A DNA stretch of 64,000 bases from Catajapyx aquilonaris. Taxonomy: Eukaryota. Of this stretch, positions 13,891 through 26,502 are shown in pieces (position 1 is the stretch's first letter; every line of letters begins with the position of its first letter). The notes under the pieces are model-generated. The model was given only the letters and a program-made list of their open reading frames with translations. It was not told the origin of the DNA and made no database searches. Location of the stretch: the NCBI GenBank assembly GCA_000934665.2, contig KZ538294.1, forward strand, positions 1 through 64,000, read 5' to 3'. The position numbers were made by a program, and so were the translations under genes.

Positions 13891-15599
13891 TATTACAGTT
13901 CATTATTATCGATATGAAAGTCACGTGCAAAAACTGTAGCAGCTATTGTAGCAGCGACTGACATTATGTGGAAAGGCTACATCAGCTGCTGTCACCTTAT
14001 TGGTTTGACAAAGGTCTGCCAATAGGAGAATCCTCACAATAATTCCGATTGTTTGGAAAATATTCAGACGAAAAAAGCTGTCGTGCATTGGTATAGAGCA
14101 GATCATGTAAAATTTAACCCCCCCAGTTGTAAACGCTGACCACTACCATCCCATTATTGACATTCCGATGTTCTATTATTCCTCGATTAATTGTTGTTGC
14201 ATGTAGAGTCTATATTTGTAATTAGTATAAGCAATTACAATCTGTCTGCTTCTTTGGGCTAAATGCGCACGCACGGCCTGTCATTTTGACGGACTTGGGA
14301 GGTAAAAGTACCCGCTTGTCCCNCCCCCCCTTCCCCTACCTCACCGCTTATTACTATATTTTCTTTATTCTTGATCAAAGCACAGGTGTTTCTTTCATTC
14401 CTAGGCCTAACCACGGCGTCATGATATGCGGTCGCTATTGCAAATTCAGTTTAGTAATAAAACAGTAGGGTGACACCAGGCGCGGTTAACCACCGCGACA
14501 ACCGCGTGGGGACGCGCGGGACCGCAAAAACCACAACCCCCCTTCAAAAATGCATTGAGTGCGCCATCGATTGGAGGCCGCGTAAAAATGCTGCAATTAG
14601 TTACACCCTGTAGATAACAAGCTTTTCTTGTCGCGTAACAAAGGTGATAAAAGCCAACACTCTTCTATTTATCGCCTGACGTGTATTTTTAATCCGGGAC
14701 TATAGTTATGTATTTTTTTTTTTTTCGCTTTTAATCACTTGAACCAACCTTAGTGTCGTCGTTAGGGGGTGCTGATAAATGCATTGTGATTTTGTGAACG
14801 AGCAGGACGCACGGAAGGTTCGAGTAAGGAACAAAAACATTGTTCGTGTTTTATGCTCCTTTGGTTCTTGGCAGTAAGTCGTAATTCTTTGAGACGGGTT
14901 TGGTGTATATTTGCATGGAGTGATGGGCCTTTAGTGTCATTTGACTCCTAATTCATATGTCGGATCTATTTATTTTATTCCTACATGTTTGGTGGTTGGA
15001 AACCTTTGATGTGTTATAACTTTTATGGTGCTTAATGGATTTGCATGCAATTTAGCATCAACCTTGTATTCTTGTATTTATCAATGTCTGCATGGTTGCG
15101 GGATGATAAGCTAACCAAATGCAATGTGGAGGAAAGCAGAAGCTGCTTCTCGAAAATATTATGAAAATTAATTTTGTGAATCGTATACAGCGTACATTGA
15201 GCTGAATAAATCAACCCACATGAATTGCCCCCTGATCATACAGCCATGCAGGGTGAAGGTTGCAAGAAAAGGTTATAAGACTGCCTAAAGAACAAAGAAA
15301 TACATCTTACATTATTATGTGAGATATAATGTACTCTTATTAATGGAGATTCAAAGTAATGTAATAGTGTATATAGCTGCTATATCAATTATTCTGCCAA
15401 GTCAATAAATAAGTAAATTTCAAGAATCTAGAAATTAATATAATTAATAATTATAAATAAGATGCCATGATTCATGCAGAAGCCAATAAAAGTCACTCTG
15501 ATATATGAAAACCTTACAGAAAGTAACTTTACGGCCTGCTTTTGAAGTGCTACAATTTGAAAGATCACCAGTGTATAGCCAGTTGCTATAAAGCTGTAG

Positions 15600-15688
15600 T
15601 TACGCCAAGTAAGCAGTTATAAAATGTGGAATGTGAGGCTTGTAGCTATATGTATACACATCCTGTTGTAACTGCTTACTCGGCCTAA
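15600..15688. mobile_element. Small degenerate terminal-inverted-repeat (TIR) element
   Basis: TTACGCCAAGTAAGCAGTTATAA versus right end reverse complement TTAGGCCGAGTAAGCAGTTACAA (20/23 match). Confidence 0.5.
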
Positions 15689-17144
15689 GGTAACCGCAGC
15701 GATCCCGCGTGTTTCAAATAAGTTAACTTATAACGGTAAACATTCCGCGAACACTATTTCCACTCACCTTCAATTTTGATATATTAGGGTTTAGTTATTT
15801 GCTACACAAATTATTGGAAAACACATTAAATTGGCTAGCGTCAACTTGTAAACAATATTGTCTGTGATATTATACCGGAGCAATGCGGCACCCCCCATTT
15901 TAAGCCAGCACTATACCGGTATTCTTCGAAGTCTCAATATTCCCCAGCAATAACGCTGTAGATACTTGTTACTAAGCGTAATCATGATAAAATAATAATC
16001 ATAACACTGCCAATGGAGGGAACCGCTAAAAATGAATACAACATCGTATATCACAATCAACAGTTTGCTAATAGTTTATCCAATTATCCTGTGAAGTGTA
16101 TAGCCTATGAGCTATACTGTGCGTGTGTTTGTGCGTATATAATAAGAATAGTACCTCTAATTTGTAGATGTACCTGAAAGAGGTAGAAATTTGAGTATCC
16201 TTGCAATGGGGGAGCTCATGAAAATGTGATACACATCTGAATAAGGTATACAAGTACATTCCCTGATATTGCCAGAAACCCCAACGACGAAGCCTGCACT
16301 TGTAGACCTTGAAAAGTATAGACCTCATATCGCACAGGTTGTGCAGTACTCTGTGATCGAGGAGCCTAATTTGGGTAATTGAGTAGTCTTATGTACACAA
16401 CCGAAATGAGCCACACAGCAAGTATCCTTTGCACAAATGGGTTCATTATGGCGTACCAAAACACATGTTATCTTCATATGGCTCGAGTATTAGCCCATAT
16501 ATGAGCGAGGCCTTTAAAAATTTGATATAGCACACTACAAAGTGCTCTTTGCTGAAATGGACATTCAATATGCAACGTCACAATATAGTTATTATTTTGG
16601 CGGCCCATGTACCAAATATGAGAGTAATAAAGCGTGAAAATATGTTATTTTTAAAGCCGTGCTGTAATATTGGTATGATGAGTAGTATTTCATGGTTTTT
16701 TTTGGCGATGTTTGAGGAATATCATTTATAATATACTCACGAATTTTGAAACAGTATTGGTCAAAATTGCGAATTGTGCGTGACTTTCATATAGGGCAAC
16801 ATCTGAGGGAAAAATCATCTGACGTGATTTAGATTGTTTCTTTTTTACTTCTGGCCTTACAGGACACAATAATTTTAACGGCAGGGATATTTATGTCAGT
16901 CATCTATATAGCATAGATCCATGCTCCGATAGAGGTTACAAACATTCAGAGTTAAAAGCGAAATATGACCTGCCCATATGACCAGCAATTTAGAGCTTGC
17001 AGGCTGTGATAAATGAGTGCAATAATATTATTGAGTACGCAAGTCTGCTATAATGTACTCTAAACACCAATGGCCTAATCCTTCAAGACATAAGACATGC
17101 ATACAGGTATTCCTCCACATAATATGTGGAGAACTACCGGTATG

Positions 17145-17206
17145 CTGCTCTAAAACTCGAACTATATGACTATATATTATAATTCATAGTCCGAGTTTTA
17201 GAGCAG
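17145..17206. repeat. Short inverted repeat / hairpin
   Basis: CTGCTCTAAAACTCGAACTAT ... ATAGTCCGAGTTTTAGAGCAG. 21-bp arms with 1 mismatch. Confidence 0.75.
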
Positions 17207-18212
17207 TTTTTGGGCAATATGACAACCGCAGTGGTGCCGACAAGACATCGGAAAAAAAGCCATACATTTCGAAATGCCACCAGAAGCGACAAAACTATTG
17301 GTCATCATTCGGCCTCCGTTAATAACAACCGCGACGATGACATTCCATCATTCCCCGAGCAGCCCTCCCGTATTATTAGCCCGTCCATTTGTCAACCATA
17401 TTTGTAATTAAGGCTAATTACATTGTTCCCTGTGTTCTCTTGCTGACAGTGACTCTGCATCAAAAGTGCTTCCCGAGTTCCTTAATAAGAAGTGCGTCAT
17501 TATTTCAATAACGGAGCGTTATTGTGACCCATACAAACGCATTTCAATTCGGTTTCAAAGGGAAGCTGCTGGGCCAAACAAAAGGCCGCGTTATCAATAG
17601 CCTGAGCCAACAATGGCGTAAATGAGAGAGGAGTCGGAGGAGTGTCAAGTCTTCGTCAAATGTCATACTCGTCAGAGTGAAATGTTTTTTGAACTGAGAT
17701 GCATGAAGAATTCAGGACGAAATACGTCGTCTTTGGTGCGGATGACATGATTTTAGTGTTGAATGGAATTGTGGGAGTGATTCTGTGACCTAATGGGCTC
17801 GAATCAAAACATTGGACGTGAGAACCATTAATGCCATTCATTGGTATCCTTATTGGGGGCAGTGCGTCGAGTGACGATATAGAGTAAGTAAATTATACCT
17901 GCCATACTTGTTCTCTATATACAATAGAATTCATATCCTGAATATGTTCTGAATTGGAGACGGGAAAAGTTGGTCATTTTCACGTCTCCAAATCGGAACA
18001 TGGCTCGTAACAAAATAGGCAAGCCTGTCACCATGCATGTACTGTCTATATACATGACCCCTAATCGGGACACCACCATCTATGTGCAATGTGCATATAA
18101 CCATGTGCTTTATGGCGGTTCTAATGTTCGTGGGCAGGTTATGCCAGCAACAAATTCCCTTTGAAATGTTGCATTCATAGCAGCTTTGTTGAACAGATAA
18201 GCAGCGCATACC

Positions 18213-18250
18213 NNNNNNNNNNNNNNNNNNNNNNNNNNNNNNNNNNNNNN
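18213..18250. other. Assembly gap (N run)
   Basis: Ns. Other gaps at 28869-28934 and 53537-53564. Confidence 1.
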
Positions 18251-19224
18251 ATCGGAATTTTGGTAGGCTGTCCCATTGGCTGTAATTATTGTGTGAGAAC
18301 CTTCAGGTCACCCTTCGATATCAATGGTGCTAGCAGCACGAAGTTGCCATAAGACGCCACAACTCAACATCCGCCCAATGTGATCCACCTACCCCCTTCA
18401 CCACAACTCGCATGATGCATGTAGGAGGAAAGGCAAGGGAAAACTTGCACACTGTATATAACTCTTGGAGCATTTGACAGGACCCATACCAACAGGTTTA
18501 CAACCCTTGTGTTACATGTACATAGTTTTATCGGTCTGAAAAATTCATGGCCGGGGACCACCGTCTTCTGATCTTTTTCTTTGCTTGCTTTCACACGATG
18601 CAGGGCGTTTCCCAACTCTGTGAAAACTGCCAGCTCTCGTTTCCAAAAGCTTCATTGTTGCCAACCTCGATGTCTGGTCTGATAAACAATGGCAGGCGTC
18701 AACTGATTTGGGTTGGGAACTAAGCCGGTCACATTTTTGCGCGCGAATATAAGGAGTGTAGGGGGTAATAGCAACAAAAAAAATGCGCAAATTGGAGGAG
18801 CAAGTGTAGGAAACTGTTCCAGGTATTTGAGCACAAACGTGACGCTCACACTGTTGGGCGACTGGTTTGCTTATGCTTCGATTCCTTATTCTAAGAGAGA
18901 GGAGAGATAATCATCGCAAGTGGTCAGGATAATGATATGCTGTGCAGGTAATGCGTAAGCACAAATTGAGAGTAAACTCGGCAATTAGCATGAAACTTGC
19001 CAAAACAATTAATAACTTTGCAATTTCCAAATTATCCACTTAGCTCCGCAATTATATCGGTTGCACTGCTTTCAATCAGGTGCATTAGAGAAATACGGGA
19101 GCCAGTTGGTAGGACTTTTATGTACGCCTGGAAGCCTTATAGCAAGGTTCTTGTTTTTTTGTACTGAGTGCACTGAATCATTAATTTTGGAATTTAAATG
19201 TACAGTATAATCCATTGTCCAGAG

Positions 19225-19800
19225 CAGTGCTTCCCAATTTCTTTCGTTGGCGACCCCACAAAATCGTCTTGTAAAATTTGCGATCCCCTATATACAGGGT
19301 GTTTCAACTTTTTTGTCCGAACAGTTATAGGAAAAGTACACGTAGCTGCTACTTTGTAAGCAGTGACTTGCAACCGGTGATTTGTCGGAGGAATGGGGAA
19401 TGGGGAAAAAGAGGATCACACATCCCAAGGCATGTGTGACCCTATTTTTCCCACGCTTGACCCTCAATTTTCAGCGGGCAGCACGTATGCCACTTCAACG
19501 ATTAGCAGGGAATATTGCCCGTTCCTCCGAAAAATCACCGTTTGCAAGTCACTGCTTACAGAGTAGCAGCTACGTGCAATTTTCCGATAACTGTTCGGAC
19601 AAAAAAAGTTGAAACACCCTGTATGTGCACATTTCGATCCACCAACATGAAAAGACAGGTAAACAGTGAAATGACCTTAGTCATGATTTTCAAGAATATG
19701 GCATCATATTGTGAAAATAATTTGTTACCCTCTCTCGCGACCCCAAATATTATTTTTGCGACCCCAAATGGGGTCGCGACCCACAGTTTGGGAAGCACTG
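19225..19800. mobile_element. hAT (Charlie-like) MITE containing a nested mariner MITE
   Basis: TIR CAGTGCTTCCCAA ... TTGGGAAGCACTG. Perfect 8-bp TSD GTCCAGAG at 19217-19224 and 19801-19808. Subterminal GCGACCCC repeats. Confidence 0.92.
19295..19621. mobile_element. Tc1/mariner-type MITE (family M1)
   Basis: ~90-bp TIRs CAGGGTGTTTCAACTTTTTTGTCCGAACAGTTAT... with TA TSD. Second copy at 43372-43687. Confidence 0.92.
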
Positions 19801-22800
19801 GTCCAGAGTGTGGATGTCATTTAAATACACAAAAAAATTTAACTATCTGTACACTATATTGGACATTGGATTGTATAGCGTACTGTACAAGAATACTGTA
19901 CAAGTACATACTTACTCTAAGCTGGGCTGATATACATTGCGACTTATAACCTGCAGGACGATTATTCTTTTTCACAAAAGAAAACGGAGGTGAAGGGTAT
20001 ACAAGTCCTTGTGGATTCATGCAGACCCTGTTGTCAAAACGCAAGACTTGTTTCACTTCCTGCTGTCGGCTGTCTTCCCCTGTTATCATCTAAAGCCGAA
20101 ATGACCGACCACGTTTTTGTTTCCAGAAAGAAAGGTAGTGTTTGTCAAACGTGCCAGTACATACAGGGTACAACATGTCGTTTGAATCATTGATACGTTA
20201 TGTACCCACATTGGAGTATGGGTATACCAAGCCAGTCCTTTTTTTTAAAAAAAAAAATATTGTAGATCAGGGGGGGTTGGGGGGGGGGGGGGCGCTTCCC
20301 TGCGGTAAGGTTGGCTGCGAGCTGCATTGGAGCGGCGCCATTGCTCGTTGGAGCCGCCGGCAAGGCCCGGCCCCAATCCCCGCCCATTTAGGACCCTGCC
20401 TCGCAACTGTCTACCCCCCCTCTGCAACCACCCTCCGTACTTATATTTTTTTATACATTTTTTTTGCCCGATTCCTCCGGCTACAGACTTCTTTTGCGGC
20501 CCACTTCCTTCCCCTCCTCCTACTAACAAACAAAGGAAGGCAGACCATTACTCGAAGGCTTCCCGCCGGAGAGGAGCGAAAATTTTCGGCGTCTGATTTC
20601 TCTAACTTTCATTCCGGCCATGTCATTCATCCTTACTAGGGCCTTGAGAGTTAGGGGGGCTAAAGAAGGCCAACTATTGAGTGTGAAAGGTACATAGTGA
20701 CCCACAAGATACACTCTGGACTCAATTTGTAAGCGGTTAAATATGGTCCTATGTAAAGTCCTGAACCGATTTGCAGAAGGTTCTCTAGCTGCATCCTCAT
20801 TATAGATAATCTAGTCATTAGTATTTACAGCCTGTTGTAGGACCCCTTTTTTGCTCTCCCTTCATACCCCCTACCCGCTCTTGCCAGCAGAGACGGAAGA
20901 AATCCCCAATTAGCTAGCATGACAAGACTGATTATCGCGGGGGGGGCCTAGTGTCTCTAGACAAGCGGCGAATTTCCCCCAACTCGGCGGCCTCTCGACG
21001 CTTCGTTAGTCCCACAAAGGTAGGCCAGGTCTTTTCAAAAGAAGCACGCGCCGACACTGTGTATGCCCCCACTCCAGGCCTATGAATCCGCGTAGCAAGG
21101 GTTGATGGGAGTTTATTCTCCTTTTCTATATCTATACTCCTGGTATATTCTGCTATAAAATCGAGGGGGTTTATTCAGCCAGAGGGCAGCAGTGGTGCTG
21201 CGGTGCTGGGCTCTATACCTCTTTTCTCATTACACACTCAGGTCCTAAATTAAGGAACCAGCTTCCCCACTTGATTGTCCTCCAAGCGTATTTTTTTTTT
21301 AATCCATATAAATCGTCTGGTGGCACGTGACACGAATTTTTAGAAAAATATATATATGGGGGAAGAAGGTAACCGAACCTCATCAGGAGTATTATGAAGT
21401 GCAATTTCACATTTGGAGGAGATAAACATCATGAAAGAGTGGTGCTGCCATTCTCATAAAATGGGGGGTGGGGGTGGGGGATTTTTTTTTATTTTGTTTT
21501 TATTTTGTTTTTCGTTTGGTCGTCTTCGTTGTATCCGACAGGAGATTATCATCTCTTCTTGCCATGCATGTTAATGCAAGTCTACGCTACATGTCTTGAA
21601 AGGTGGGCGGGTCATGGGAGGGTGGATTAGATGCCCACGGGGCTAGGTACTTTTTTCGCCACCTTAAGATGGAAAATCAGCGTATCTAAGGCAGAAAATC
21701 AGCGTAAAGATCCTTCGTGCCGTCCGTCATGGGAGGCTTGCCTTATATTTCTGGGAGAAGTCGTGTTATTGTGTAGCGTGTTACGCTTGTGGTCGAATCA
21801 GCTTCAAAAAATAGATCTTAACAGTCAGATCTTGATATAGGACTTCATATAGGCTTGCTTCTTTAGCCTCAGTCCTCAATGTAATAATCATCCATTTCCT
21901 GGAGGACTAACTTGAAAGGATATCCAGAATTTGCTATCATTTAAATCGAACTTACATGATGATTGGCTATAACAGCTATATCAGTGATCCAAACATTTTT
22001 ATATGCTAAATCTGTACCAATAGAATACAGATATTCCGGTGGTATAATTGCATAGGATGCATTTAGCATAATTGCATATTCTGTGGAACGTGATGTAGTC
22101 ATAACTGAGGCCATGATCTGTCAATATATATAAAGCTAGATAGCCTATTGTGTCCGCTGCACACTAATTGAATGGTTAGAAAACTAGAAATCAAAGATTA
22201 CTAGAATAAAGAGCCTTGATGCAAGTTTATGCAATATTTCTGTGCAGTATGAGTGTGCTGAATGAACATATGGTAATCTGTAATGCAATGATATTATTGG
22301 TCAGTAAAGAGGCCAATATTTCCCTATATGAAACATGCATGCGCTTATTGTCTATTGTTAATCACGAGTTTTGCCCGTGATATGGAACAGCTTAAGACTA
22401 TAGTATCACTCATAGAAACGAATTGTTTGTACTTGTTAAATGCCATACCGGTACTTTATATATGCAAGCCATTTTGTATAATTACCCTTTTTTTGCTTAC
22501 ATGAGACCGATTTATATTTAAGAATATTACAAAACCAATGATTACAAACCCTGCTTGAATTTCATCCTGGAAGCTAGCCAACTGAACCGCCTCTCTTGCC
22601 AGTCGTAGTGTCGCACTTTCAGGAGCAAAAAATTGTCACCTCCAGGTTGCGGATTATTATTAACGCATCTTCTCGAAGACAATGGAGGGGAATAATGTGT
22701 CTAATGTTGTCCTGGCCGTGTGAAATTATCTCTCAGTGTACGTGCCACAAAATAATAAAGTACATGGCTTTTCACTTAATTCAAAATAGCTATCATATAC

Positions 22801-25800
22801 AATATTGTCATAAATTCATAATGCATCTATTTGTATACAGAACATACCGTTTACTTGTACAGCTTACGGGTATTAGACCTTCACTGTTAAATAATGATGC
22901 ATTGTAGTACGTGCATGAGCTTTAAATACTTTTCTACATCGTGGGAAAATCATCGGTAGATAGAAATTTGGCAATTAATTATTGTCCCTTATAGATACAA
23001 GATAACTCTTTTTTTGAACCTATCCGGCGCAAGTGGTTCATCATAAGTAGTCAAACAGGTCCATGGCTTTTTCTGTATAGCCTGCCCCAATAATATAATT
23101 ATGATGCGAAGCCGTTTCGTAAGCCTATCTGTGCCCCTGTCACTGCACAACCATCCACACACAGCAGGCATTCACCTTGCTAGAGTACTAATGGTTTATA
23201 GAAACAACGACATGCCCGAAACTGTTTTTTGGCATATATCTATAGTATAAGAAACTGGCACGTGTTTTCTGCGTGTTACATAATAAGGCAGTGTTTGAGT
23301 AAGTTTTAACTTACCGGAAAATTCCATCACTTTAATAATCAGCAGTTTATTAAGGAAAAGTGGGAAATATTCTGATTCAAGGACAGCTGCATATATTATA
23401 GGACTGTCATGGGATATCATCCGACGAAGGTTAGAAAATAAGAGGCAGCTGTCTGGCAATCGTTAGCATCATATCCGCTATAGTGTGCTATATAGCTGAG
23501 CATTGAATTACGCAGATGCATATTTGGCGATACCAAAATATTGTGAAAACATTGCGACCTATCAATTATTTAAAAAACGAATGAAACCATAATACCTGCA
23601 GTGTACAACAAAATAGGGCTTGAAAAGCATTGAAGCGTACAAATATTCCTAGCCTTGATTTTTGTTGAAACAAGTACCATTGAATGTATAGAAAGAGAAG
23701 CCATTAATCCCATTCTCCAACCTTGATGACCCCATCAAGGGCCAAACCGTTGCTTTGCCTCTGATGATTGGCACTTTCCCTGCATAATGTACTTCCTTTG
23801 CTGTGCAGCCAAGCGGAAGGAAATCTCTAACCACTTTCACACTTTGTCCCAGAAAATGAGCTGCACTTACTCCGACCAATCATTTACCTGATCTTCTGGT
23901 CATTCATCAAAGGACACTAATATAAGTATGCCTATCTGTCTCTTGAAATTGCATTGTATTTTGTATGGTATGAATAAGCATATTTTAGAAAACAACTATA
24001 TATATGAATCTGTTGAGGCTATTCTGCGGCGATGGGATTTTAAAAAAAATACACTAATAAATTATATTATAAAATAATCACAATATTTATGTTTTGTATG
24101 CTCCGCCTGAGTTGGCCAATTTGCACATTACACAGTACAGATTAGCTCAAGTATACCGTACCGTATATTAAAATCTGAAATATCTATACAAAAATATATT
24201 GTAGCGTGTTTCAGCAAATTATATGCATCAATTACGCTCTCAGGACCATTTTCGTGATATAGGCTTGTGTACGGTGTATTGACCGTCCTGCTGTGCCAGA
24301 AGGGAGCTATTCGGAAATCAAGTGCAATGTACGGCGAAGTTTATGGGGTGTAACCGGCTGCTACTTTGTCTGATTCACGAGTCGGTAATGGATAGAAAGG
24401 GCCATGAACAGAGGGTGCAAAATACACTCTGTCATGTGTTTTGCATACATGGCGAAGAGAGTAAAGAAATATATATTGCCGTTAAATATTCACTAATCTT
24501 TCGAAGCCTTTTGAATATTATGTCATTTTTAATGTAACGTGTTGTGACATTAGGCCTGGTTACTCTTTGTGACTTTCAAAAGTAGGCATACGAGTTTCTA
24601 ATATTAACTTGATTTGAAATTGCATTCTGCATTGTATGAAGCAAAATACCGGCAACAACAATTCAATTTCTTGTCCATGTTTAATCTAGCCCAAATGCAT
24701 CCACGTTACTATAGCAAGAAGTGTGTTTAGGTTGATTGCAAAGCCGTCCAAAAAATCCATACTAAAAAGCGACATAATCTTTTGCAGAAACAATATTCCA
24801 TGAAAGCAATCCGAAATCTGTTGAATTTCATTTCCCGTTGATTGTCATCTGGCAGTCTAGAGCAGTCAATAATGATTGGAGGTACACGTCTATGAAATTC
24901 TAGCTCTTATCAGCTGATGTGTCAGCCTGGTGAGTGAAGCATGCCATGCAATGGAATCGTCTACACTGTACAAATAACGCAGCTGACAATCACACAGCAT
25001 GCTGGGTAACCCGGACGAAAAAGGCTTACTTCCACCGTTGCCAATAACGTTCATAAGCAATATATTTCATTGGACGTAACCTGTACCAATTTGGCAATGA
25101 GGTTTATCGCAGTTAATCATTTTGCTAAACCAGGCTTGTTCCTTCATTGCTGATACACAACCTCTTCCTGCAATGGCATGATGTGAGAGTATCAATCAGT
25201 ACAACAAGCCGGAAAACATAGAGGTAGATGGCAGCATGTTAGAACAAAATGGCGGCCATCGAAAACATTTTTTTTTTTTTGGTATATGGTGGAGGGGAGG
25301 CAGATGGTGCAGGGAGGGCGTGAGTTGGTAAGGGGGGAGAAAATAGCGTCTATATGTGGGGAGAAAACTTTGGAGATTTATAAAGGCTAGTGTCTTGGTT
25401 CTTAGCAGGGTATAAATCGTGGTGCCAAGTCGTGCTTTGCCGAATCTTGGCGGCCACTCTAAGATAAGCTGGACGGGTTAGTGCGCGCCCCTGCTGAATT
25501 ACGGGCTCTAAGGGAGGGTGCCCCACCGACAATAAATTCCCGGATCCGGATCGTTTCTCGGCCAGTCAGTTTTGGGGGGGGTAGAGGAGAATGGGGGGNG
25601 ATTGGAGAATGGGAGGGGATGTTTAATCATGACTTGATGTGATAGTGGAATTCGCTAGTTTTGCCACTAATTTACACTGACTTGTAAGCCTGGGTTTGCA
25701 ATCAGGGGGCGTATGTGTATTTAATGAGGTAGATTTATGATTAATTGTAATAAAATTTGCTGTATGATGTCATTGGTAGATTGTTTTGGAACATTCTGAA

Positions 25801-26442
25801 ACTTATCCTTACTCTCCTTAAGTGTAAGTGTATGTTTATAGACATTTGATAGGGGGGGAAGGACCTGTTCAGACATGATTGCAAAAAGCGACAATAAATT
25901 CTATAGGGAAATAACTACTTAATTTGGCTAAGAGAGTGAATGCAGATTTATTTACATATAATTTTAGGCCTATATTGAAAGAATTTATAGGGTTATATGA
26001 ATTGTCACACTGACAACTCCATAATTATGTGCGTGAAATCGGGTAGGCTCCTATAGAAGTGTTCAGTGCAGGTATGGACTAATGAAAATTTTGTTGTTAA
26101 ATATTCGTGCGATTCATTCATACTGGTAACAATTCGTGAATATGATGAGCATGTAATATATGAGACTTGTAAATTACCCTGCAATTCAGTTACCGGCAGC
26201 ACGCAATGTATAGGCAACTCTCGTCACACATGACAACTACAATCACGATGATTTTTAGTCGGTTTTTCCTTATTGATAACTTATATTTGAACATCTGTGT
26301 TCATTATAGTAGTTACTTGGAACATTTTAGAAGCATAGCATTCACCATTAACGCAGCTGATTGTTATTGTTATTGCCAAATGCGCCTAGCACTTCATTGA
26401 AAATGGTTGTTTGATTCAATGACGGCGGCATTTTTTCATATA

Positions 26443-26502
26443 AGGTGAAGTGGGGGAAGTGCATACCCGGGGTAAGTGCATATATTGTGCCGCCATATTG
26501 GA
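26443..26502. mobile_element. Left terminus of the GGG...CCC-ended TA-flanked DNA transposon (partner end not found)
   Basis: TA|AGGTGAAGTGGGGGAAGTGCATACCCGGGGTAAGTGCATATATTGTGCCGCCATATTGGA matches the reverse complement of 1-60. Confidence 0.65.

Noticed and set aside
14466..14610. Possible TAGGGTG...CACCCTG TIR element
   Set aside because: Very short TIR match and no convincing TSD.
14604..14625. ACCCTGTAGAT resembling miR-10/miR-993
   Set aside because: The 3' half does not match and there is no precursor hairpin.
17195..17204. GTTTTAGAGC, the start of the SpCas9 repeat/sgRNA scaffold
   Set aside because: Only 10 bp, part of a hairpin arm. No repeat-spacer array and no cas genes.
20142..20639. 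Longest ORF (165 aa); also the ORFs at 38446, 47131, 59378 and 19515
   Set aside because: No recognisable domain. Several cross homopolymers or MITEs, and the lengths are compatible with chance.
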